DNA of 63,455 bases, the filler included, from Octopus bimaculoides (Eukaryota), in assembly GCF_001194135.2 (NCBI RefSeq). It is 4 parts of 4 records of this genome, joined end to end, with 100 filler letters (N's around TTAATTAATTAA, not from the genome) between each part and the next. Parts side by side here need not be neighbours in the genome. Positions count along the whole stretch, not along the records: positions 1 to 30,520 come from NC_068998.1; 3 more parts are not named here. One strand, written 5' to 3'. Below the pieces are notes generated by a model. It was not told the DNA's origin. It saw nothing but the letters and a program-made list of their open reading frames with translations, and ran no database searches. Position numbers and translations under genes: made by a program. This document shows positions 1 to 11,478 of this stretch, piece after piece (the first letter of the stretch is position 1; every line of letters starts with the position of its first letter).

Positions 1-41
<41 letters not shown>

Positions 42-499
42 GCGCGGGCGCGTGTGTATATGTATACATGTATACATATATGTATGTTTCTGTGTATTTG
101 CATGTTTGCATGTATGTTTATTTTTATACGTTTCTTTGGAACTTATTAATGTTTTCCCAGCGTAGAACCAAGCGTTAAAGCTCTGTTGCGTAAGTCAATA
201 GAGCTCTTAAAGGTTGCAATTCTCTGAACTGCTTATTTTGTGCATGTACATGTATGTGTGTTTGTTGAACATATGTGTGAGTGCGCGTCGATGAACTTAC
301 ATTCACGTAGGTGTGCATATCACGTTCTTATACAAATGCGTGTCTCTCCGTGTGTGCGAGTCAGAAGTGTGTGTGTGTGCGCGAGTGTTTGTACTCCATG
401 TGTGTATAAGATTGTGTGCATATCTTCGCTTAGCAACATCATGTAGAGAATCCCTGTCGTCACGTAGCATGATGCATCTATCATAACAGAAATTTTAAA

Positions 500-1540
500 T
501 CTATAGCTTAGATGTAAGAGCTGTTCCATTTTTGTTCTCCATACATGTTATTTTCCCCAATATTTGACAAAACATTCTCATATGCCGGAAGTTGATCTCG
601 ACAGCAGTGCATGACTTTCTTTCTATCCCATACATACAGTATCTGGCCTGTTTTGCATATAAGCTACTGTTTCTATTTGAACGTTCCGCCAGTATATTTC
701 ATTTTTATAGGTTTAGATATTTTCTGGTTCTAGTGTGCTTTTTGTATGTCCGTCAGATTAATTTTTCCCTGCGAATAGCGTTTTAGACGGTCTTAGTGAC
801 AATTTCATCTTTCCAGGGAAAATTGTATCTTGCAGAAAGTTTTAACAGCTGCAGATGATGTAGGTAATATTTTCGACACTTTCTATCACAACGTGAAGGT
901 CTTGAGGTATACTTATCTTTCTTGTTCATAAGGTATTATAGTAGCTGTTTCCTGTTTTTGAATAGCAGAATTGTAGACTTTTAGATGTGATGTAATGTGA
1001 AACTTTGGAGTTGCAAGATAGGGTACTATTTCTGTCAATGTGATTGATAATCTCTAACTTACAGAATATGTATTTATGCATAGATTTCTGCTGAGAAGAC
1101 GAGTATTCCACACCAGGTTTCTGTTTAAGTAGTCACCCTTGGTTCACGTGGAACATCTCTGCACTCAGATTTCAGGAGTTCTTTGCCTAATCTCATGGTT
1201 ACTTTAGCTGCTCATTATACACATTATTGCTCATTTCTCTTTTTTACTCTTCTGTAGGTGTTGGTCTAAATGATGTGATATTCAAAGCCGTCCTATCACT
1301 TTAATTCCATCCCTTCAATTAACATAGATACCGTTACTGCTGTTCTTGATGTAGAATTTATCTTCATTGCTTGTATCATCATTGTCCTGATGTGGCGGAT
1401 TTCTTCAACTGCCCAGTCTAGTATTCCAAATGTTAGCACAAGCACTGACACTGTGAAAGCATTATTAGCTATGGCTTTATTGAACGCAGACACTTCTGAT
1501 TTCCATACTTCCCGAAGCCTACTGAAGTGCTCTTTTCTCT
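500..1540 (-). mobile_element. Decayed R4/Dong-clade (RLE-type) non-LTR retrotransposon fragment, post-RT and endonuclease region
   Basis: Minus-strand ORF 1296-1676 reads HFSRLREVWKSEVSAFNKAIANNAFTVSVLVLTFGILDWAVEEIR, matching the R4/Dong post-RT motif (K.ELNA.NK..AIN..AVPV..YSFG.I.W). Manual translation near 640-700 gives YWRNVQIETVAYMQNRPDT, resembling the RLE NRPD motif. Stops and frameshifts are present. Confidence 0.75.
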
Positions 1541-1900
1541 TGCTAGAATTGCATATGTGAGAGTGTGTGTATATATAAATATGTGTGTGTATGTATGTAC
1601 GCATGTATGTGTGCATGTATGCATGCATGCATATATATTTCTCTGGAGACAGTTTCCTCAGCGAACGTCTTTTCACGTCCGAATGTACACGAATGTAAAG
1701 AGAAACGTATATACATATAATTCAATAAACGCTGTTGTGAGCCTCTAGTTAAGCAACATACATATATACATGCGTACATGTGTGCATGTGTGTGTGTTCG
1801 TGGTGTGTGTGTGTCTGTGTATTTGTGTTTGTTTTTACGTGATAAAAACATTAATATATATGCATTTATTCGTCCTTACCTACTCATATACACGTGTGTA

Positions 1901-1979
<79 letters not shown>

Positions 1980-2623
1980 ATGTATGTATATTTATAGATG
2001 TGTTTATGTGGCTGTATCTATGTATATGTCCACATATCTGCACATATAACTTTGTATAAACATTACTATGTTTATACACACTCCTGTGAGAGGGGTGGGT
2101 ATAGGAAGATCCAATAACAGATATAATCATTCAATAGCAATATTACACTTACATACATACACATATATATTATATATGTGTGTGTGTGTGTATGTGTCTG
2201 TCTGTGTCTATGTGTGTATACATATGCATGTATGTATGTATATATGTTTGTATGTATGTATGTATGTATACATATATCTTATTTCTAGAGGAATAGATAA
2301 GAAAATAATCAAAGATGCGTATGTTATTTTTAAAAGTAGATGATGGCTGTACTAAGAAGAAAGTGGTATACACCGTCCTTCCCACTTTCACGTTCTGTCT
2401 CTTTTACTGATCGGAGAAGCTTTAAAAGGATTCCTTCGTGACATCCAATTCCCATCGGCGTAAATTAATATGGTGAGGAATTCATAAACAAGAATAGGCG
2501 TCTGTCAAGCTACAACCGATAACAGTAGCTATTTCTTTAGCCATATCGAAAGTCTATGCAGAAGATTTATCAACAACGCTAACGACTATCATCATCATCA
2601 ACTACTGCTACAACAACAACAAT

Positions 2624-2656
<33 letters not shown>

Positions 2657-3001
2657 ATTAGTACTAGAGAAAGCGAATATTTATGATAATAAGGAGATGT
2701 AAATAATGCCACGATATAGTGTCGAATGTTTGTGTAATGTGAAAGGATGTGTAAATGCATCTGTCTGTATGTATGCATGCTTCAGTGTGTTTATGTATCA
2801 AAGTATGTACTCATGCGTCTATAAGTGTGTAGCATATTTGGTGTATATGTGTGTATGCGCATTTGTACTTCTGTGCGCATATGTGTTGTTGCTGGTTTTG
2901 GATATAAATGCATGTGTGAATATGTTCATGCACATGTATCTATGCGCGTGTATGTGTATATGAATGTGTATATGTCAATATAAATAATATATATATATAT
3001 A

Positions 3002-3070
<69 letters not shown>

Positions 3071-3553
3071 NNNNNNNNNNNNNNNNNNNNNNNNNNNNNN
3101 NNNNNNNNNNNNNNNNNNNNNNNNNNNNNNNNNNNNNNNNNNNNNNNNNNNNNNNNNNNNNNNNNNNNNNNNNNNNNNNNNNNNNNNNNNNNNNNNNNNN
3201 NNNNNNNNNNNNNNNNNNNNNNNNNNNNNNNNNNNNNNNNNNNNNNNNNNNNNNNNNNNNNNNNNNNNNNNNNNNNNNNNNNNNNNNNNNNNNNNNNNNN
3301 NNNNNNNNNNNNNNNNNNNNNNNNNNNNNNNNNNNNNNNNNNNNNNNNNNNNNNNNNNNNNNNNNNNNNNNNNNNNNNNNNNNNNNNNNNNNNNNNNNNN
3401 NNNNNNNNNNNNNNNNNNNNNNNNNNNNNNNNNNNNNNNNNNNNNNNNNNNNNNNNNNNNNNNNNNNNNNNNNNNNNNNNNNNNNNNNNNNNNNNNNNNN
3501 NNNNNNNNNNNNNNNNNNNNNNNNNNNNNNNNNNNNNNNNNNNNNNNNNNNNN

Positions 3554-3620
<67 letters not shown>

Positions 3621-3927
3621 CATATGTATACACACGCGCGCTCTCACACACATATAGACACTTGTGTGTGTATGTGCCTTTGTGGATGTATGTATGCATA
3701 TATGTGTGTGTAAGTGGGTGTGTGTTTCTAATTGCCCAGTCGTATTTCTCGAAACAGGAAGACATATATCGTATCTTCAAGATATATTATCGAAAATGCT
3801 TCATATGAATACTTTCCGATATAACATTTTTAGATTATCAGTTCTCTCTCATGATGTTATCTTTGAAGAAGTTCGTAGACACAACAGGATTGGAAGAAAC
3901 ACATTTAGATCCGTTACTGCACTTATC

Positions 3928-4147
3928 TTTTACTTGTTTCAGCCATTCGACTACGACCATACTGGGGCACCGCTTTGAAGGGTTTTAGTCGAACGAATTG
4001 ACCTCAGAACTCACTTTTTTAAGCTTAGTATTTATTGTGTCCGTCTCTGTTGCTGAACCACAAATGATACGGGGAGGTAAACATACCAATACCGGTTGTC
4101 AAACGTTAGTGGGAGCAAAAAACACAGACACAAAGTCACACACACAA

Positions 4148-4195
<48 letters not shown>

Positions 4196-4273
4196 CGGGC
4201 TTCTTTTAGTTTCCGTCTACCATATCCACTCACAAGGCTTTGGTTGGCCCTGGATTATTGTAAAAGACACTTA
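3928..4273 (-). mobile_element. tRNA-derived SINE, family A (CORE-like head, internal CA/TA microsatellite, LINE-like tail)
   Basis: Reverse complement of the head motif gtagacggaaactgaaagaagcccgtc and of the tail gcatggccgcagtcaaatgactgaaacaagtaaaa, both recurrent in this window. Confidence 0.8.
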
Positions 4274-4620
4274 TTACACAGCCACTCTTGCAGTCAATGT
4301 TAGTTGATACTATTTGAATTCTCACTGTCACTAATACTATTTTATTTAATTTTTCATTGCTAAATAAGAAACCAAAATTTATTATGGTAAGGTAACGAAT
4401 ATGGTTCAAAATCATTGGTGCTTGCAAGTAACGAGAAATAGTTTTTCGAAATTTATTTGTTGTTATTTTTGCTGCTACTGTTGTTTAGCCTTCGATTGGG
4501 CCTGATGTAAAAAGTCAATGGTTAAAGTAAAATGAGGTGTTCAACTCATTACGTCTATAACCAACATAGCTTTTTTCTTGAGTAGAATTTATGGTAAATT
4601 TTGATCCCTTATCCGCACGA

Positions 4621-5080
4621 TTTTCACTAAAAAAAAAAAACACGGATTTTTTGCGTAGAATCAGGTACCCTGGCCTCCAAATACGCTGCAAACTCCTTAT
4701 TTTTGTTCGGAAAAAGTGGGGACCGGACCCCATATCTACAAGAATCATTGAAATTTTTTCTTTGTTGAATTAATTTTTGGCTCCAGAAAACGGTGTGGAG
4801 TGAGGTGGAAACCTCGGAAATTTCAACCCCACCCACATTAATCTTTTCACTAGGTACCCTGACCTCCTAATATGCTGCAGACCCCTTATTTTTGTTCGGA
4901 AAAAAGGTGGGTGGGAAACTAGACACATCCTGCCATATCCTGGTATCATTGGAAATTCTTTTTTTTTTGTCGTTGACTGAATTCCGGTTACCTCCTCATT
5001 TGCTACAGAACCCTTTTGGGGATCCGGAAAACGGGGTGAGGTGGGGTAAAAATCCCAGAAATTTCACCACGCCCCTCTTT
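4621..5080. repeat. Diverged tandem duplication, unit about 190 bp
   Basis: aggtaccctg.cctcc.aata.gctgca.ac.cttatttttgttcggaaaaa recurs at 4663 and 4852, with matching downstream blocks (tcattg.aaatt, gaaaacgg, gaaatttca). Confidence 0.75.
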
Positions 5081-5107
5081 TCCTACCTCTTAAAATCACT
5101 GGATATA

Positions 5108-5226
5108 AAAAAAACCTTGCCAGAACAGACTGGAGCCTCATCGCAGCCTCCTGACTTGCCAGTCCTCAGTCAAACCGTCTAACCCATGCCAGCATAGAAA
5201 GCAGACGTTAAACGATGATGATGATG
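5108..5226 (+). mobile_element. SINE family D 3' fragment ending in (GAT)n
   Basis: cagactggagcc...agtcctcagtcaaa..gtc.aacccatgc.agcat.gaaagc.gacgttaaacgatgatg, homologous to the copies at 49924 and 56730. Confidence 0.8.
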
Positions 5227-5944
5227 TATAATATTATATATAATTATGATAGATTGTTACCCATTCAATGTTTAGGTAAACTTCGTTACCCACTCACTCT
5301 CTTTTGTTTTCTCTCTCTCTCTCTCTCCCAACAAACAAAAATGAAACTCATTTCGGCGCCAAAATTTGCAATGGGAAAATCTATTCGGGATTATTATATA
5401 TATTATATCCAGTGATTTTAAGAGGTAGGAAAAAGATATTTTGTTAATGTTATACTTTTACTTCGTTTCACACATACATACAAAAACGCTAACGTGTTTT
5501 TTTTGTTTTTTTTTTGAGAAATATATCGTCTGTTATCTCTCCACACACTAGGTCTACATTATCTAATGTGTCCTTTTCTTTTCAACGGCAGAGTATGATT
5601 TGGGTGACATTTAGCTACTATTTCTAGAAAATCAGACGACCACACTGAGGTGCTTTTTGCTCGTAATCCACCATCTCTAATTTCACTCTGCGGTAGTGGT
5701 GAGCCAAGTACAACTTTATCACAATAAAGACAACAATTTACTTAGGGTATGTACGTAACTACAATACCTTATATACACACAAACCCAAAGAGAGAAATAG
5801 GATGACAAAATCAGTGGAACGTTGGGTCAAAATGCTTGTTGCTATTTAGTCAGATTCTGTGTTCACTTCTGGGGCGATGAATTAAAGTGTCATTTAAGTA
5901 TTGCGTTTGATATTATTATGGATCCGCATAACTCGACTCACTCC

Positions 5945-6308
5945 CACATTGAGCAAGTGTCTTCTACTATAGCCTCGTGCTGATCAAAGCCTTGGGAGTG
6001 GATCTGGTAGACGGAAACTGAAGGAAGCCCGTCGTATGTGTGTGTGTGTGTGCGTGTATGTGTGAGTGTGTGTATGTGTATGCGTGTATGTGTGTTTCTG
6101 TCTGTGTCTGTTCCCTCACCACCGCCTGACAACCGGTGTTGATGTGTTCACATCCTCGTAACTTAGGGTTCGGCAACAGATGCCGATAAAATAAGTACCA
6201 ATCTTTAAAAAAAAAATAAGTAGTGGTTTCGATTCATTCAACTAAAGATGTCTCACGGCGGCGCCCCAGTATGGCAGCAGTCTAATTACTGAAACAAGCA
6301 AAAGAAAA
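5945..6308 (+). mobile_element. SINE family A, near full length
   Basis: ttgagcaagtgtcttctactatagcctc...gtagacggaaactgaaggaagcccgtc, then (TG)n, then ...cagtatggcagcagtctaattactgaaacaagc. Confidence 0.85.
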
Positions 6309-6801
6309 GTATATAGAAAACATAACATGCAATAAGAAAGCGGGAGGCAGACTTGGTAAGAATTTTGCTTCGCAACCTCATGGCTCCGGATTCAGTCCCA
6401 TGCGTGACACATTGGGCAAGTTTCTTCTATTATTGTACTATAGCCTAGGCTGTAGTAGAATAGAGTTGTTTTGTAGCTTTTTTTTTTTTTTTTAGAAATG
6501 CTGTCAATTCCTGAGAAAAGTGTGATTTGAACTTGGAATAGTCAGGTCCCACAAGGCGAACCTTGCGATGATCTAACATTTCTGCTGATTCACTACAACA
6601 CCTTGCACTAGTACCTTGTTCATCGGCCCCGAAGGGGTAAAAGGCGAAGTTGACCTCAGTTGGACTGATCTCAGAGCATAAGAAGTTTGAATAAATATTG
6701 CAAAGTATTCTGTTCGACGTTTAACGAACTGCTAGATACCCCTAAAATGATGCTGTGTTCAAAAGCTGTGATGCCTTTAATCGTACGTTTAATTTTTATA
6801 G

Positions 6802-6930
6802 TTGACCTGGCACCAAATAACAGTAACCACTGCGTGACGGATGTGCAAACTGTCAAGAAGTCATTACTTCAGTCCTCCTCTGTTACTCAAGCAGAATTCA
6901 TTCCACAAGAAGATAATATACTCCACAGAG
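6802..6930 (+). other. Possible internal exon (129 nt, phase 1-1), unidentified protein
   Basis: Acceptor-like cgtttaatttttatag, open frame DLAPNNSNHCVTDVQTVKKSLLQSSSVTQAEFIPQEDNILHR, donor-like gag|gtttga. No homology recognised. Confidence 0.25.
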
Positions 6931-7335
6931 GTTTGAATATTTTTAGCTTCAGCTTTATTTATATATTTATTTTTATTTGTTTGTAAAACTCTGTTAGTTC
7001 ACAAAATACCTTAAAACATGTTTACATGCGTTCATCATGAAGTGTCAAGCTTATGGAGGCGAGGAAAACAAGTTTTTTTGACATTGATGTATTTCTAGAG
7101 AATTTTTTTATGAGTGGTAGCTCAAATGGAACTTGAGGTTAATTTCACAGAGAAATTTCTCATGAACAGGCTGTATTTTAGTAGCAAACGAAGGAGCCCC
7201 TATGTCTTCATTTACCTGTTTGGAGTAGTATCTAAATCTTCTCCAAATCACACCCTACTGACTCTTGTTTGTTTACTTTGTTTAGATTAGGTAGACATAT
7301 AGTATAATGAAATTCTCGAGAACACCAACAACACA

Positions 7336-7410
7336 GCAATTCAAAACCTACTAACAATACCACGGCGGTGCATCAGCATGACCGCAGCTCTAAGCTGAAA
7401 CTATAAACAA
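7336..7410 (+). mobile_element. 3' terminus of CR1/L2-type LINE
   Basis: cacggcggtgcatcagcatgaccgcagctctaagctgaaact matches the 3' end of the LINE fragment at 26228-26565. Confidence 0.7.
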
Positions 7411-8434
7411 CATAAACAGCATAATACAATATGGTTATTTGTATGCAACTACTACAACAGGAACGTTGAACATAATGTATGACTGGACAACTAATTTTTC
7501 AACAGATTTTTTAAAATTCCTTAATACAGGATTGGTGTCATATACATTAAACATATCGTAATATTTATATTTTATAAGACTACATTACACTACAATTACA
7601 GAATGATTTTTTAATTTTTTTTTATTTCGGAAGGATGATCTAATAAATAATTTACAACACAATTATATCGGTTCGTCATCTGATTATAGAAGCTAAGCAG
7701 TAAGATTACACAGAAAAAAGGTCAAATGAAGAGAAAATATATATAAGCAAAATTTATAATGAATGATGAAGGACGAAACAGAAGGAAAGAAATAAAGTAG
7801 AGAAAAAAAGAAAAGAAAAGGAAAAGAAACAAAACATCAAAGGAAAGAAAGTAAAGAAAAGATAACAGAAAGTAAAGGAAAGATAAGACGGAACAAGAAA
7901 GAAAGAAAGAAAGAAAACGAAAAAGAAGCAAAAATGAAGGGAGACACTGAAAGACGAGATGAAATGAAAATAAGCCGGCAGAGTAGTTTTTCATTAAATT
8001 GTAGCAAAACCCCTTTTTTCCTTTGAATTGTGCAGATGTGTACCGCTGTAATTGTCTCGCTATTCGAGATTCCTGCGAAGAACAATGAACAAATGAATTT
8101 AAAACAAGATAGTAGTAGTGGTGGTGGTGGTGGTGGTAGTGGTGATGGTGGTGGTGGTAGTGGTGGTGGTGGTGGAGATGCTGGTAATGTTGAGGGTGAT
8201 GGTGGTGGATTTTGGTTGGGAAGTTTTCCTCTTTTAATGAGTGCATGGTTCAGATAAAGACCGCAAATGCTAAATTTCTACAAAAATCATTATTTTTCTT
8301 TTCATGAGTCTAGAAAACGCTGTCAAGTTGTAAATATTTTGAGCTATAAACAGTAATAGCGAGTTCATTGTAATATTCAGAATGAACTAATAGAATTTGA
8401 CAGGCACGAAATGGATGTTAAACTTTTGGAGTTT

Positions 8435-9215
8435 TACGAGGAGGTACCCAAAAGTAACCGGAAACGCTCTCTGTGGGACAAGCTCGTTGTAGCTTCCACC
8501 GCTAAAAACCACTTGATGTAACACTCAGGCATCAGTCTGCCAACCGGCGTCGTCACATGCATACCTACAGTCACGTGGTGCTTCTTTGTTTTGTAGTGCT
8601 TTTCCCCTGTTGGTAGATTTTTGCAATGGCTGAAACGAAGGAACAGGGTGCTTCCGTGAAATTCTGTTTTCTGCTCGGGAAAACGGCGGCTGAAACAATT
8701 GTAATGCCTCAGACAGCTTACAAGAACGCTGCCATGAGAAAAGACAAGTTTACAAGTGGTTTTCACGCTTTGAAAATGGTCATTTGTCACTTGAAGACCA
8801 ACCTCGTTCAGGATGAGCTGTCGACCTCCCGAACGAATGAAAACATCACGAAAATTCACGAACTGCTCTTGAACGACCGTCGCTCAACAATTGACGAAAT
8901 TGTTGATATGATTGGTATGTCATGGAGCTTCTACCAACGAATTTTAAGCGAGGAATTGCGAATAAAAAGAGTTGCGGCAAAATGTGTGCCTCGCTTGCTC
9001 ACGGAAGATTCAAAGCAGTCATGACTGAAAGCGTGTCGAGGACTAAAAGAACAGTTGGAAGTTGATCCGGACCTTTTTCGAAGGTCATCACTGGTGACGA
9101 AAGCTGGTGCTACGGCTGGAGCCAGTAAACGAAGCAGCAATCAAGTCAATTGAAGCATTCGATGCCATCACGCCCCAAAAAGCGCATCAAGTGAAGTCCA
9201 ATGTCAAAACGATGC
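8435..9215 (+). mobile_element. Mariner transposon 5' part (left TIR plus frameshifted transposase, 3'-truncated)
   Basis: TA|CGAGGAGGTACCCAAAAGTAACCGG terminus at 8435. ORF 8626-9024 has the VKFCFLLGKTAAET HTH and KRVAAKCVPRLLT (WVPHEL-like). VITGDESWCYG (first catalytic D) follows in another frame. Confidence 0.9.
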
Positions 9216-9461
9216 AGATTTGCAAGATTCCGGTTTCTTTTGAGTTTCCCCCCCCCTCATATATTGTACTTAGTACCAAGTATTGTATTGTATAATTCTT
9301 AGTTTATTATTATTTCACATTTCTCAGACTGATTGTATGTCGATAACTTTTGATCAGGAGCGTGTCATAACTGACGATCATGGGTTCTGTCAACATTCCC
9401 ATTCCAGTTACACTGATACACCTCTTTTCAAAATCCTGACAGAATGTGTGAGAAGTTTATT

Positions 9462-9665
9462 ATGGCAGAATCGTTAGCACGCTGGATGAAATACTTAGCG
9501 GTATTTTGCCGTCGCTCTGTTCTGAGTTCAAATTCCGCCGAGGTTGACTTTGCCTTTCATCTTTCGGGTACGATAAAATAAGTACCAATTGAAAACTGGA
9601 TCGATGTAACCGACTCATCCCCACTTCCCCGAAGCTGCCCGCGTGGCAAAAATGTGAAATAATAA
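9462..9665 (+). mobile_element. tRNA-derived SINE, family B
   Basis: tggcagaatcgttagcacgc...gagttcaaattccgccgaggttgactttgcctttcat...gataaaataagtacc; B-box-like GAGTTCAAATTCC. Confidence 0.85.
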
Positions 9666-9689
9666 TTATTATTTATTCTTTTTATCACA

Positions 9690-11478
9690 GGTTTTGTTGT
9701 AACTCCTGGTTTTTTGCATGCGTAGTGGACTTGCTGCCTGCAGCCTACGGTACTATGCTATCTGTTCTTTTCAACTATCCAATACTTTCCTGATTATTCT
9801 AGCCGCGCGAATGAGGCAAACCTTTTGTAACAGTTTTACTGGGCACTCTGTTTCGATTTCCTTTATATTCTTTTTGATGTCTTCTGGTACTGTCCCCAAG
9901 GAACCAAAAATAATAGACACTATATTCGCCTTCATTTTTCATAGCCGAGTTATTTCGTATTTAACGAGACTGTATATATATATCTATTTATTCTACTTCC
10001 TGCTTGACTATTCGTGGGTCAAAGGGCCATGCAACATCAACTATATCACCCAATTGGTGGATCTTGTCGACCACCGCTAGAGTCAGTCGTCATGCTCTAG
10101 CACCTGATCTATTTGGATTGGAAAATCCCAGAGTATTTTACCGGACTTCGACTACGCCACTCTCTGCGGTTTGTGCTCATACCACGTCTTACTTCTGTCT
10201 AGGCCCACTTTTCGCACAATTTCCAACGTAGCACGTTCGCTACCTCAGCGTCGCCTCAGCTTGTAGTGGGTTTTGGCAAGTCTAGGGCATTCATTTGCGA
10301 TATGGGCAATGGTTTCATTCACTCTATTACAGTTGCAGCTCCGTGCAGACACTTGCTCATTCCAAACGTTGACCCTCCAATTCGTGGCAAAAGCTTAGTC
10401 TTTCGCTCCCAGTATAGTGATCTTAGTCTCTCTTTTTTTTTCAATATTCCGTTCTTCAAACAATCCTACCTTTGTTTTCCAACAACTTCAGTTGTGGGTA
10501 CATGGAATTCCTTATGTAGGCCCTTGTTGCGTAGTGCTTCTATATGTCCTTTTTGCACTTCTTTTATTTTCCCCTTTTCTTTACCTGCAATACTCCCTCA
10601 TTCCTAACTGACACTAGCAAAGTTTCCTTACTTTGGGATAGGTTTCTCATTAAACTTCCGAGTTCGATACGTACGTATTCTTCCACATTTAGCAGTCCCC
10701 TTCCTCCATTTGCTCCTTTCATGTATAGGCGATCCGTGTCTGCACATGGATGATGGGCTCCATGCATCGTTAGGAGCTTTCTTGTCTTCCTGTCCAACTC
10801 CTTTAGCTCCTCCTCAGTCCACTTTAGAATTCTCTCGGCATACAGAACTTCTGGGACTGCGCACGAGTTTATTGCCGAAGTTATGTTTCTGGCATTCAGC
10901 TTTGAAGTCAATATGTTTCTCAGTGGGTGCAGGTATACTTTCTTTGTCTTTTCTTTCTATTCATTGTGTTTATTTCTATCTGCCTCAAGTATTCCCAGGT
11001 AATTATAACCAGATTGAGGTTCAGCTACCTTCATCCTTTCGCTTCTTGGCATACGTATGCCTTCTGTCCTGACAAGCTTTCCTCGTCTCATCACCATCGT
11101 AGCACATATTCAGAGTCCGAACTCCATTTCGATGTTATCCGAGAAAATCTGCACAGACTGGACCTGGCTGTTCAGCTCTGCCTAACTTTTTGTGAACAAC
11201 TTCAAGTCATCCAGGAATAGCAAGTGGTTCAGCTTTTCTTTAACTCTTGTCAGATCATACCCCAACTTCGTCTTCTGTAGTATTTCACTCAAGTGATCAT
11301 TTCCAGCAAAAAGATCAGTGGAGATACACTGACCCCCAGGAAGATTCCTTTTGATTTTCACCGTTCTAAATACCTTATTCCCCGCTGTCGATTCACTTCT
11401 CCGACATTTCACACTGTTCCATATAAAGCTTCTCATGTTTTCTGCTGCTCCATACATCGCCATGGTTCTTCTTACTAA
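9690..11478 (-). mobile_element. 5'-truncated R4/Dong-clade LINE (RT C-half, zinc knuckle, RLE endonuclease)
   Basis: ORFs give KLNHLLFLDDLKLF (RT YxDD equivalent) and SKLNARNITSAINSCAVP...WTEEELKELDRKTRKLLTMHGAHHPCADTDRLYMKGANGGRGLL. Near 9800-10030 the minus strand reads DVAWPFDPRIVKQE and SIIFGSLGTVP (RLE-type C-terminus). Confidence 0.9.

Noticed and set aside
2926-3808. Long ORFs (200-360 aa) spanning N runs or (TA)n/(CA)n tracts, here and at 26800-27600, 31179-32044, 37320-39219, 40151-41149 and 43187-43843
   Set aside because: These are translations of microsatellites and assembly gaps, not genes.
7722-8257. His-rich, Gly-rich and Phe-rich ORFs (also 24159-24680, 26955-27575, 30573-30886, 46583-47050)
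   Set aside because: They derive from (GGT)n, (CAC)n, (GAAA)n and CT-rich low-complexity DNA.
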